DNA of 64,000 nucleotides from a virus (Duplodnaviria; Heunggongvirae; Uroviricota; Caudoviricetes): IMG/VR virus record IMGVR_UViG_2799113057_000001; one strand, 5' to 3'. Shown piece by piece: positions 55,813 to 64,000 of this stretch (position 1 is its first letter; each line of letters starts with the position of its first letter). The notes under the pieces were generated by a model. It saw only the letters and a program-made list of their open reading frames with translations, ran no database searches and was not told where the DNA came from. The position numbers and the translations under genes were made by a program.

Positions 55813-56748
55813 GTGGGGACCACGATCTTCATCGCCATTCTGTTTCTAACCGCAATCGGCGCCTTCGCTGTAGCTGTCAGGTCGGGCCGCCAAGCCAGGA
55901 TCGCAGAACGGAAGGGAGCCCAGAGCGTGTACGAGAAGAAAGCGGACAGGAGCTTCTGGGCGTGGTGCGTGAGCGTCGTCGTCGGTTTAGTGGCGGTCCT
56001 GAGTCTGGTCTTGTCGAGCATCACGCTGGTAAGCACCAAGAACATCGGTGTGGTCACGACCTTCGGCCGGCCGAGTCAGTTCCTCGACAACGGACTGCAT
56101 CTCACCGCGCCCTGGCAGGACGTCACTGAACTGGATGGCGCGATCCAGACGGACAACCACATCGACGAAGGCGATAAAAAGACCGCCATCGACGCGCGGC
56201 TTGGGAACAACTCGACCGCACGCGTTGACTCGACCGTGGTGTGGCGCCTGAAGCCGGAGGCAGCGCCCAGCCTGTTCCAGGATTACCGGGGCTTCGATGC
56301 GATTCGCGACAACCTCGTGACCCGTGAGTTCACTGCCGCGATCAACGATGTACTCGCCGGGTACAACCCACTGACTCAAGTCGGCGAGGGCGACGGAGCC
56401 ATCAACGGCAAGCTGGCCACCATGGTGCTTGACAAGCTCAAGGCCAAGGTAGGCAACCGCATCGAGGTGATCGGCGTCAACATCCCAGTCATTCACTTCG
56501 ATGACCGCACCCAGCAGTCGATCAACAACCTACAGACCGAAATCGCCAACACCAAGATCGCGCTGCAGCGGCAGAAGACCGCGGAGGCAGAGGCTGAAGC
56601 CAACCGCATCCTGTCCCAGTCGGTGAGTCACGACCCGAACGTCTTGGTGAGCAAGTGCCTGGATCTGGTGCGCGAGAAGGGCGGCAGCCCTGCCGGCTGC
56701 TGGCCAGGCAGCGCGGGCGCAGTCGTCGCGATTCCTGGGCAGAAATGA
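55813..56748 (+). CDS. SPFH/band-7 (stomatin/prohibitin-like) membrane protein
   Basis: N-terminal TM plus SPFH core (GVVTTFGRPSQFLDNGLHLTAPW). Confidence 0.75.
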   Translation: MGTTIFIAILFLTAIGAFAVAVRSGRQARIAERKGAQSVYEKKADRSFWAWCVSVVVGLVAVLSLVLSSITLVSTKNIGVVTTFGRPSQFLDNGLHLTAPWQDVTELDGAIQTDNHIDEGDKKTAIDARLGNNSTARVDSTVVWRLKPEAAPSLFQDYRGFDAIRDNLVTREFTAAINDVLAGYNPLTQVGEGDGAINGKLATMVLDKLKAKVGNRIEVIGVNIPVIHFDDRTQQSINNLQTEIANTKIALQRQKTAEAEAEANRILSQSVSHDPNVLVSKCLDLVREKGGSPAGCWPGSAGAVVAIPGQK

Positions 56749-57077
56749 CGTGGTCGGTAGTCGTGAATGCCGACACAACCGCCCCTACTGATCAGTGGTC
56801 CGATGAGCAGATCGAGGCTGCGCGCGGGTGCCTCAAAGCCGCGACGATGTGTCCGCAGATCTACAAATCTGAGAAAGACATCCCCGAGGATCAGCGCCTT
56901 CCACCGGAAACAGATCCGATCAAGCTGAGTGTTCAGCACCTTCGCAGAAGTCGCGAGGAACTGACATCCGAGCACATTCGCGCCATAGCGGCACTACCCA
57001 CTCAGAAAGACCGCGATCTAGTCCAACTCGGTCAACTCATGTCGAACCTCGGATCGGCGCCGGAGGGCGATCAGTGA
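56745..57077 (+). CDS. hypothetical protein
   Basis: ATGA coupling. 110 aa. Confidence 0.45.
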   Translation: MTWSVVVNADTTAPTDQWSDEQIEAARGCLKAATMCPQIYKSEKDIPEDQRLPPETDPIKLSVQHLRRSREELTSEHIRAIAALPTQKDRDLVQLGQLMSNLGSAPEGDQ

Positions 57078-57805
57078 CACGTATGACAGCTTCCGTCGTA
57101 ATTCCAAGCGCGGAGGCGCACAGGCGGGCCGTACTGCTACTGGATCTATATGGCGCACTCGTTGAAACCAATCCGGGGTTCAAACACCACCCCCACATGC
57201 GCTCAACTGATCCGGTCACCGTTGCATTGGCAGGCGGGCGCGAGAAGATGGGCGACCTTGCTCTGCTGGTCTCCAACGACGACACCTTCCATGTGTGGCG
57301 CCTGCGATTGGATCACCCTCAGTGGTGGGTCGGCGGACGAGTCCGCCGTACGACCCCGCTTCTGGCGCGGATCATTTCAGAGTTGACGGGCCGCCGGGAC
57401 TACGGGCTTCACCTGGGAGGCTCTGGATACATCGGAGCCCACTGGTTCAATCAATCGCTGCATGCGATCGCCCCACTGTCGCTGCCGGTTCGCGATCAAC
57501 TCGTCGTTGCACTCGGCCGAGAACTGATAGGCCGGAACATGTGCCAGCACGGCATTGCGTTCATGAGCTTCGTCTCTGATCGCCCGTTCGACCCCGCGGG
57601 AGTGTTCCCGGAATCGGAACTCGTTGAACCTGTAGACAGTTGCGTCCTCGGAAATGCGATCTACGAGCTGCGCAAGGTTTACGGCGAGCAGTGGTTCGAG
57701 GCCTTCAACGTGATGGTCTCCGAACTGGATCCGATCACGTGGGCCGGCATCACAGAGGCTCTCAATGTTGTGCTACGCGAAAGGAGAACCGAACGTGAAC
57801 GATGA
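57074..57805 (+). CDS. hypothetical protein
   Basis: GTGA coupling. 243 aa. Confidence 0.45.
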   Translation: MTRMTASVVIPSAEAHRRAVLLLDLYGALVETNPGFKHHPHMRSTDPVTVALAGGREKMGDLALLVSNDDTFHVWRLRLDHPQWWVGGRVRRTTPLLARIISELTGRRDYGLHLGGSGYIGAHWFNQSLHAIAPLSLPVRDQLVVALGRELIGRNMCQHGIAFMSFVSDRPFDPAGVFPESELVEPVDSCVLGNAIYELRKVYGEQWFEAFNVMVSELDPITWAGITEALNVVLRERRTERER

Positions 57806-58214
57806 ACAGAAGCGTCCGATGTTGATCCGCATTGTGACTGCCAAACTGACGCGGGAGATCACGACGTGGGTGCTGATCACAGCGGCGGCGCTCTTTTTCG
57901 TATTCGCAATTGTGCCGGGAATGCGGCACTTCATCGAGGGCGATCCACCGAAACGTATCGAGTGGTCTGAGTTCAAATCAGCCGAGCAGCTTAACGATTT
58001 CATGTCGCGTGAGTCCGGAACGCGCGTGCGGCAAGGGACTGACTGGTGGTCCGTTGAAGTTACGCGGCCTGTCCGCGGGTTCGGCGACGATTCGGTCCCA
58101 TGCACGCGAGTGCTTCGGACTGTTGCTGATGGGAAGACCATCCTCATTGCCGGGGACTGGCGCTACAACAGCGACGGATTCCGTGTCTGCCGATACCCCG
58201 GTGACGGCCGCTGA
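57794..58214 (+). CDS. membrane-anchored hypothetical protein (start 57794 GTG or 57818 ATG)
   Basis: One TM helix (TWVLITAAALFFVFAIVPG). Confidence 0.4.
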
Positions 58215-58238
58215 GATGTCCGAACGAATGGTGCACAC

Positions 58239-58532
58239 ATGGCTGACATCGGGTGGAACGCGGACATCTGGGCGGGTGTCGCGGGGTGGTACTGCCGCGA
58301 CTGCGGCGCCAAGGGCAGCGGGGGTAGACCGGAAGCAGAGCCCGCTGCGCGAGAACATGCCTGTGATCCCGATGTCGGGTGTGCGTGCCCACATGAAGAG
58401 CTGTGCAGGACAACCGAATGCACCCAGTGCTGCCGCTTCGACATCACACCGGAACCGACCGATTGCCATAACCCAGCAGAGCCCGGGGCACTTAACACCG
58501 ATCACCCAGTAGCGCAAGGAGACTCATTATGA
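58239..58532 (+). CDS. Cys-rich small protein
   Basis: 9 Cys in 97 aa (CRDCG...CDPDVGCACPHEELC...CTQCC). Confidence 0.4.
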   Translation: MADIGWNADIWAGVAGWYCRDCGAKGSGGRPEAEPAAREHACDPDVGCACPHEELCRTTECTQCCRFDITPEPTDCHNPAEPGALNTDHPVAQGDSL

Positions 58533-59380
58533 GCGGTATCGACTTCACAACCCGGGACGGCAGCGCGTCCGTCCGAGGCACCGAACGACCATATGGCGCT
58601 GCGCTGGCTGCGCGACTCACGGCGGCGATTCTGGAACTGGACGGCCAGCACACGCAGGAGAGCAATCGTCGTATCTTGCCGGACATCTTCTTTCAGCAAG
58701 CCGCGTTCAACGCCCAAAGGCACGGTCGCGCAGCCTCGTTGACCGACGCCTTCACCTATTGGGCGCCGATGGCCGGGATGATGTACGAGGACGGTTCGGC
58801 AGACATTCGTATCGGAGATAAGACCGAGCGCCCCGATGGGTTCGTCATTAACACCGCGGTGGTTGCAGGCAGCGACCCGATCGCACTTCTGACCCGCATT
58901 CACGCCTACTCAGAGGAGGGGCTGCTGGTTGGGGGAATGGACCGATCCTGGCTCGCGGGAATCATTGACGCCGGACTGGGGGCACACATCCTGCGCGACA
59001 AACCCGGGTGGGAGAGCGTCGCTGAACTACTCCGGTCGGATAGTCGCAGCCCCGCGATCATCACCACCAGTCAAGGCGTGTCCCTTTCCTGGTTGCAGGG
59101 TGCTGCGGCCGGCTTCTACGCCGCCGGCCAAAGTGACCAAGAGCGTTGGGCCGGTCAGGAGGCATTCGAAGCTCTTCCGGAGGCCGAGCGATGGGACCGC
59201 TCCATCGGCGCACTGCTGGAGGAACGACGCCCGGACGGGAGCTGGTGGCTCATGCTCGACCCGGACACCTTCCATAAGCCGTCACATCTTGAGCTACTTA
59301 CGGCCTTCGACGCGATCGAAGCCGACAACGCAGCCCAGACGGCCGAGAAGTACCAGCGGGCGGAAGGGGCAGTGCAGTGA
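58529..59380 (+). CDS. hypothetical protein
   Basis: ATGA coupling. 283 aa. Confidence 0.5.
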   Translation: MSGIDFTTRDGSASVRGTERPYGAALAARLTAAILELDGQHTQESNRRILPDIFFQQAAFNAQRHGRAASLTDAFTYWAPMAGMMYEDGSADIRIGDKTERPDGFVINTAVVAGSDPIALLTRIHAYSEEGLLVGGMDRSWLAGIIDAGLGAHILRDKPGWESVAELLRSDSRSPAIITTSQGVSLSWLQGAAAGFYAAGQSDQERWAGQEAFEALPEAERWDRSIGALLEERRPDGSWWLMLDPDTFHKPSHLELLTAFDAIEADNAAQTAEKYQRAEGAVQ

Positions 59381-59619
59381 CCGATCGGCTGCCCGAGCGG
59401 TGGGATCCGCAGCCGTTGGCGACGGCACTGGAGGTGATGACCGCTTCAGGACCGGCGGCAGGCCGCGTGTGCTTCGATTTCGGACAAGCTGGTTCGGTGG
59501 GACTGAGGCTGTACCTCAATCCGACCAAGCTCAGCCGAGAAGTTTCTGACGCACTTCTTGCTCAGATCGCGCAGCTGTCGCTTTTGGCGGCCAAGTCGAC
59601 GCAGCAGTTGGTCGGATAG
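59377..59619 (+). CDS. hypothetical protein
   Basis: GTGA coupling. 80 aa. Confidence 0.4.
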   Translation: MTDRLPERWDPQPLATALEVMTASGPAAGRVCFDFGQAGSVGLRLYLNPTKLSREVSDALLAQIAQLSLLAAKSTQQLVG

Positions 59620-59701
59620 CTCCGCTGTGTACGCCAAACCGGTACGCGTGGTGCTCATCTCTCGATAGGTGATGACACGGAGCCAACCCACTTCCATTGC
59701 A

Positions 59702-59722
59702 ATTCTCTAAAATAGAGAATAT
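59702..59722. promoter_or_regulatory. Operator-like palindrome copy 7 (ATTCTCTAAAATAGAGAATAT)
   Basis: Perfect palindrome abutting the start codon of the next gene. Confidence 0.6.
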
Positions 59723-60446
59723 GGTGGGACGTATGGGTACTGCTGTCGTCACTCACCAGGGTCGCCGATTCACGGTGGAAACCTATGTCGACCCCTACCC
59801 GGGCAAGGCGGCGACAGATCGCATCGGCTGGACCGAGACATGTGGCCGGTGCGGCGGTAGCGGAATCTTCACCTGGTGGACCAGCACCGGCCAGGCGGGT
59901 GGAACCTGCTTCGGCTGCGACGGAGCCGGACGCGTGTCGCGCAGTCGTGCTGTGTCGATGTTCCGTCGCGATGCACGCCTGGAGGCGCTGTTCCGTGAGC
60001 ACGGACAGCAGCTGGCCGACGAAGCAGCGGCGGCTGCACAGGCGGCTGAAACCACGCGACGTGCCGCCGAATTCGACTGGGCGTGGGAGGCGGCGCATGC
60101 CGAGCAGGAGCGTCGCGCCGGCCTGAACAACACTCCGGCCGGAACAGAAGGGGAGCGCCTACGCGATCTGGAGGCCTCGGTGACCGTCTCGGCCGGCTTC
60201 GAACGCACCGGTTACACCGGCCATACCGAGTACGTGAAGATCGTTGTGTTCACACTGGAGACCGGTCAGGTACTCATGTGCAAGGGAACCGCCGGCTGCC
60301 TGTACGACGTCGGTCGCGGCGATCGTGTGAAGCTCACCGGAACAGTATGCGGAACCGGCATGTATCGAGGCCAGTTGCAGACCGTGTTGCAGCGGCCGAA
60401 GATCACGGTGATTGAGCGCGGCGACGCGGGAGATGCGGGCCGTTGA
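59721..60446 (+). CDS. zinc-ribbon-containing hypothetical protein (start 59721 or 59733)
   Basis: CGRCGGSG...CFGCDGAG motif pair. Confidence 0.5.
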   Translation: MVGRMGTAVVTHQGRRFTVETYVDPYPGKAATDRIGWTETCGRCGGSGIFTWWTSTGQAGGTCFGCDGAGRVSRSRAVSMFRRDARLEALFREHGQQLADEAAAAAQAAETTRRAAEFDWAWEAAHAEQERRAGLNNTPAGTEGERLRDLEASVTVSAGFERTGYTGHTEYVKIVVFTLETGQVLMCKGTAGCLYDVGRGDRVKLTGTVCGTGMYRGQLQTVLQRPKITVIERGDAGDAGR

Positions 60447-61015
60447 AAGGAAATCCTGAAGACGCTGTGATCGCCGAGATCAACGCGCTGGAAGCCAACG
60501 ATTTCATCGACAGTCAGCTAGCCGCGGGCGAGACTAGGCCGGGGCGTGTACCGGCATGCCGATGTGGTGCGCCCTGGCATGGCCTGCCCCGCGGCGGCTG
60601 CCCTGGAAGCCACGTGGCAGGGGAACTCGAACTATCGGAGGAACCCGCCGGAGAGATTTACATCGACGAGCTCTACGAGTTGCGCGCGAGTCACGGCCCG
60701 ATGCAGGTCATTCCGAGCACCTTTGCGGCGGGCCCACCCGTAGACGATCCTGAGTCAGCCATGCGCCGATTCATTGACGACGTGCACCGAATGGCCGAGG
60801 AGATGGCTAGCTGCGCCGGCGCGTCGGATCCGATGGTGATCATCAGTGGGTACGGCTCTCCGATGGATCAGCTCTTGGCTGTGGGCGATGATCATGCGTC
60901 GCGCTTTCGCCTACCTCCGCGGCAGGGCCTGACGATGGATGCGGCGAGAACAGAAGAGCGCCGCAGGTTATGGCAGCAGCGATTGCGCCGGTTGTTTCGT
61001 TCTGGATCGGGCTAG
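60443..61015 (+). CDS. hypothetical protein (TTG start)
   Basis: Overlaps the previous stop. Confidence 0.4.
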   Translation: MKGNPEDAVIAEINALEANDFIDSQLAAGETRPGRVPACRCGAPWHGLPRGGCPGSHVAGELELSEEPAGEIYIDELYELRASHGPMQVIPSTFAAGPPVDDPESAMRRFIDDVHRMAEEMASCAGASDPMVIISGYGSPMDQLLAVGDDHASRFRLPPRQGLTMDAARTEERRRLWQQRLRRLFRSGSG

Positions 61016-61092
61016 TCGGTCTGCCGCGGCGATCCGCCACGCCGAAAGTCGATGACGCGCAATTTGCCACGGTTCCGTGTTGAGCTTGATGT

Positions 61093-61890
61093 ATGGACAT
61101 CGCACCGGGTCGGCGCGCCGACGTACACATGTGGGTGACTAGCCATCAATACGGCAGCGGCACTGCGCGTATTCAGACATTCCGCGATCGGGAAGGGCGC
61201 GACATCGCGTTGATCACGCTCCGCGATGGGGATGTCGATCCGGGCCCCCACTTGGCAGCCGTGGAGTACCAGAGATGCGCTTGGCACGACTTCTTCCCTG
61301 AGTCGCCTCGGCCACCGATCCTGATCTTCAACCTGCTGGGTTCGAAGGCCGCGTTCGATGCGGAACGGGAAGTAATCATCACTGAGTTCGACACTGACGG
61401 AAGGTATCTGGGCCTCACCGATATTTCCCAGCATGACCTCATCGTGCTGAATCAGCTCGGAGCCGAATGGGATGAAGGCACTGGCTTTGTTCCGTTGCAA
61501 TATCCGCCAGTCACGCACTTGGAGGTTCTTCGGCAGGTTGCTGTGTGTGAACTCCCGGAGGGCGATCTGTTCCGCGATATGAACGAGTTTATGACCGTTG
61601 ACTGGGCCGCTGCAGTGTCCGTGGCTGTGGAGTGCCTGTCGTCCGGATCGAAGTTCCCGCCCGACCTTCCGACACATGTTCCGCGCGACCTCGCGAAAGC
61701 CGCACAGTCATTTTGGCGCAAGCCCATCCGACTCATTGTCGAGCCGGGTGAGCCGCCACGCTTTGGCAACGGACAACACAGGGCTGAAGCTCTGCGCCGA
61801 CAGAACGCCACGGTCGCGATCATGCTGGACACACGGCTGGTCGACTCCGAACCACTTTCCGGCGAGATCAGGATCGTCAAGGAGCTTTAA
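61093..61890 (+). CDS. hypothetical protein with a ParB/Srx-like GxGxHR motif
   Basis: C-terminal PPRFGNGQHRAEALRR. Confidence 0.4.
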   Translation: MDIAPGRRADVHMWVTSHQYGSGTARIQTFRDREGRDIALITLRDGDVDPGPHLAAVEYQRCAWHDFFPESPRPPILIFNLLGSKAAFDAEREVIITEFDTDGRYLGLTDISQHDLIVLNQLGAEWDEGTGFVPLQYPPVTHLEVLRQVAVCELPEGDLFRDMNEFMTVDWAAAVSVAVECLSSGSKFPPDLPTHVPRDLAKAAQSFWRKPIRLIVEPGEPPRFGNGQHRAEALRRQNATVAIMLDTRLVDSEPLSGEIRIVKEL

Positions 61891-61916
61891 CTCGAGGACA
61901 TGACGTCGCTCCCAGG

Positions 61917-63272
61917 TCAGTACCCCTTGTACTTGTCGGATTGCGTGTACGCGCGTAGCGGTCTCGATACACCGGTCAAGCGGCGAACCAGCAGCATCTT
62001 TCCAGAACCGTCCCAGCCTGATGGCGGAAGCTGAGCCGCATCATCGCCCATGAGCTTTACCGCGTCGTCGTGGGTTGGTTTGGAGGTCAGCAGCACCGTC
62101 GAGCACAAGTCGAGCCACCGAGATGGGAATCTCTCCTCGTTATCCAGTGTCAGGGTGATCAGCACCAGGTGGAGACCCAGTTCGCGCCCGGTGGACAGCA
62201 GTTCTGTAACCAGGGTGTGTAGCTCTTCGCGTTGTGGCGCATCGAAGTGAGCCCACAGTGCGTCGTCGAGCGCCAAGAGCTCGGGCTTGTGGAGTTTCGG
62301 ATTGGCACGGCGTATCTCTATCTCTGCGTGAACTCCCCTGATTTGGTCGAGAACCGCGTCCGGATCTTTCCGCGAATTAAGGTGTCTGGCACCCCACCAG
62401 TTAGTGGCTAGCGCGTCCCGGACCAACCCTCGCACCAGCATCGATTTACCGCGGCCTGCGCCGCCGAGTACCAGCAAGTGGCCATCTGCGGCGGGGCTGT
62501 AGGTGACTGGCCCACCGGTAGCACCCACCCCGAGTGGAAACGCCGCGCGCTCGCGCGCAGTAGGGGTAGCGGTGGGCAACGGATGCGGTGAAGGTGGCGA
62601 GAGAAGTTTCATCTCGCGTTCCAACTGGACCGCGATGCTGATGTGGGTTTCGTTGGTCTGCTCGGGGTGGTTGTGATTCCCGCGGCAGGTGTCCGGGTCG
62701 CCGAGCGCGTCAACGAAGAAATGGTTGGGCTTCGACGGGTCGTATTCGGCCGCGGTTGACTTCGTTGTTGCAGTGGAGGGCACCTGCATCTGGCCGTTGC
62801 CAACATAGAGTCCGTGGCCACCGCCCAGGACCGTGACGATGTCGCCCGGCTTCGCCTCGGCTGGAGAAACAGGGGCGAGTGATCCAGGCACGTCTTTAAC
62901 GTTCCGAAAGAATGCTGCGCCGGCGGGGACCGGTATGCAGTGGCGATTGAACTCGCGTTGCCTGGTGGCCCAATCTCCCAAAGGATCTGGCAGCGGCCGC
63001 GGTGCAGGTTGAGATACCGTGCCCAGAACTTCAGCACCGAAGACATCCCGATGCGGGATCGCTGCTTGCGCGAACTCGTCCAGTACGAGCCGGACGGGGC
63101 CATCACTGTCGGTGTCGTTTGGCAGGAACCGCAACGGCTTGGCACCGAACACGCTTTCCGGAGCATCGATAACGGCACGAGCGAAAACACGGGCGTTGTG
63201 CAGCGTGAAATCCAGCCGAGCACGCATGAGCGCCTTGGCCAACATTTCGGTGCGATTGGTGGCAGATGCCAT
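61917..63272 (-). CDS. NlpC/P60-like peptidase domain fused to a P-loop NTPase
   Basis: N-terminal ...HCIPVP...PGDIVTVLGGGHGLYVGNGQM (NlpC/P60 pattern). C-terminal Walker A VLGGAGRGKS. Confidence 0.5.
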   Translation of the reverse strand: MASATNRTEMLAKALMRARLDFTLHNARVFARAVIDAPESVFGAKPLRFLPNDTDSDGPVRLVLDEFAQAAIPHRDVFGAEVLGTVSQPAPRPLPDPLGDWATRQREFNRHCIPVPAGAAFFRNVKDVPGSLAPVSPAEAKPGDIVTVLGGGHGLYVGNGQMQVPSTATTKSTAAEYDPSKPNHFFVDALGDPDTCRGNHNHPEQTNETHISIAVQLEREMKLLSPPSPHPLPTATPTARERAAFPLGVGATGGPVTYSPAADGHLLVLGGAGRGKSMLVRGLVRDALATNWWGARHLNSRKDPDAVLDQIRGVHAEIEIRRANPKLHKPELLALDDALWAHFDAPQREELHTLVTELLSTGRELGLHLVLITLTLDNEERFPSRWLDLCSTVLLTSKPTHDDAVKLMGDDAAQLPPSGWDGSGKMLLVRRLTGVSRPLRAYTQSDKYKGY

Positions 63273-63550
63273 GAGAGGAGACCTCCCTTTCCGTCGAGCG
63301 GTGCGTCCCCGGCCCGCGCCCGCCACGAAAAGGGGAGAGCTGCGTAGAACGCGACCTTCACGAGGTTCTTCGGCCCTTGCGGAGTCTCGTCAGCCGCCGC
63401 CGGGGAGCGGAGCTGGTCGAGAGTCCAGGCGCGGGAGCAGTTCTGGCCCCGTTGGGAAGGTACTTCCAAATTGCGATCGGACCTAATCGGATGAACTGAC
63501 GACTCTCGGCGTGTCGCGAGCCGCTGGACGGCTTGTCACCCCAACCATCT

Positions 63551-63570
63551 ATTCTCTAAAATAGAGAAAT
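63551..63570. promoter_or_regulatory. Operator-like palindrome copy 8 (ATTCTCTAAAATAGAGAAAT)
   Basis: Consensus match 15 bp upstream of the next start. Confidence 0.6.
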
Positions 63571-63584
63571 CGAAAGGCGGGGTA

Positions 63585-63767
63585 ATGGACCTTTGTGAGA
63601 ACGCTGTCGAACTTGGCTTCACCGCGACCTCGACACCGCGAGAGGTTGTTTCCATCGCGGGCAAGTTGGTGGACGAGCGCGGCTACCCAGAGTCTGTGTA
63701 TGACACGACCAGGTCGCTGATGCGCCTTCAGCGTCAGCTCCGCACTGAACAGGCCGGTGCAGCATGA
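63585..63767 (+). CDS. small hypothetical protein
   Basis: 60-aa ORF. Confidence 0.4.
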   Translation: MDLCENAVELGFTATSTPREVVSIAGKLVDERGYPESVYDTTRSLMRLQRQLRTEQAGAA

Positions 63768-64000
63768 GTCACCTCATCACCCAGGCGGACAACGAGTATC
63801 GCCTCTATGTTGCGGGTTCCGGCACCGACTGCCTCGCGTATGCCAAGAGTGAAACCGTCGTAGGCGGATCGGAAGGGTGGCGTGTTCGGCCGCGCGGTAT
63901 CGCTGAACATCTTGAGGACTTCGTAGTGAAAGACGAAGGTCAAGCGCTCACTGCGCTTAAGGCTCTCGGCCTCGCTTATGAGGCCGGAGGTGGGGGATAA
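63764..64000 (+). CDS. hypothetical protein
   Basis: ATGA coupling. Ends with TAA at the window edge. Confidence 0.4.
   Translation: MSHLITQADNEYRLYVAGSGTDCLAYAKSETVVGGSEGWRVRPRGIAEHLEDFVVKDEGQALTALKALGLAYEAGGGG

Noticed and set aside
1-64000. tRNA, rRNA, CRISPR arrays, transposase/integrase genes, capsid/terminase/tail genes
   Set aside because: Searched by eye for tRNA T-arm signatures (GGTTCGAATCC-like), repeat-spacer arrays, DDE/tyrosine recombinase motifs and structural-protein hallmarks. None found in this window.

Overview
High-GC (~65-67%) actinobacterial DNA (Mycobacterium/Gordonia/Rhodococcus-like codon usage), densely packed with genes joined by ATGA/GTGA/TGATG overlaps. There are no rRNA, tRNA or CRISPR features and no obvious virion structural genes. 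I read it as part of a large mobile element (temperate phage, or a conjugative plasmid/ICE). Main contents: (1) two paralogous XRE-type HTH regulators, and a conserved 19-bp palindrome (ATTCTCTAAAAYRGAGAAT) present 8 times, always at the head of a transcription unit. (2) An ESX/type VII secretion-like module: an EccB homolog, a three-domain FtsK/SpoIIIE EccC homolog, a remote WXG100 gene pair, and an FtsK-like+CbxX/EccA-like hybrid ATPase. Next to the WXG100 pair sit a lytic transglycosylase, a secreted S1 serine protease and a large Ala/Pro-rich secreted protein. (3) An NAD+ salvage/reconstitution island (Macro domain, PRPP-synthetase-like kinase, RyR-domain protein, NAMPT-like phosphoribosyltransferase, NUDIX) resembling the phage NARP1 anti-defence pathway. 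(4) A replication module: a family-A DNA polymerase carrying a 283-aa intein, two SF2 helicases (one with a Cys-rich metal cluster, one with a 9-10x tandem HA-domain repeat array), a DEDDh exonuclease, an NT5C-type deoxyribonucleotidase, and a 1-kb non-coding region holding a 28-bp inverted repeat around an AT-rich core (candidate origin). (5) Two divergent WhiA paralogs bracketing a translationally coupled cassette of six small Cys/Trp-rich and lipoprotein genes. (6) Other accessory genes: vWA, DUF1524 HNH-like nuclease, J-domain, DUF2786, DUF2493/SLOG, SPFH/band-7, and an NlpC/P60-ATPase fusion. All coordinates are from manual reading; gene starts are approximate where noted.
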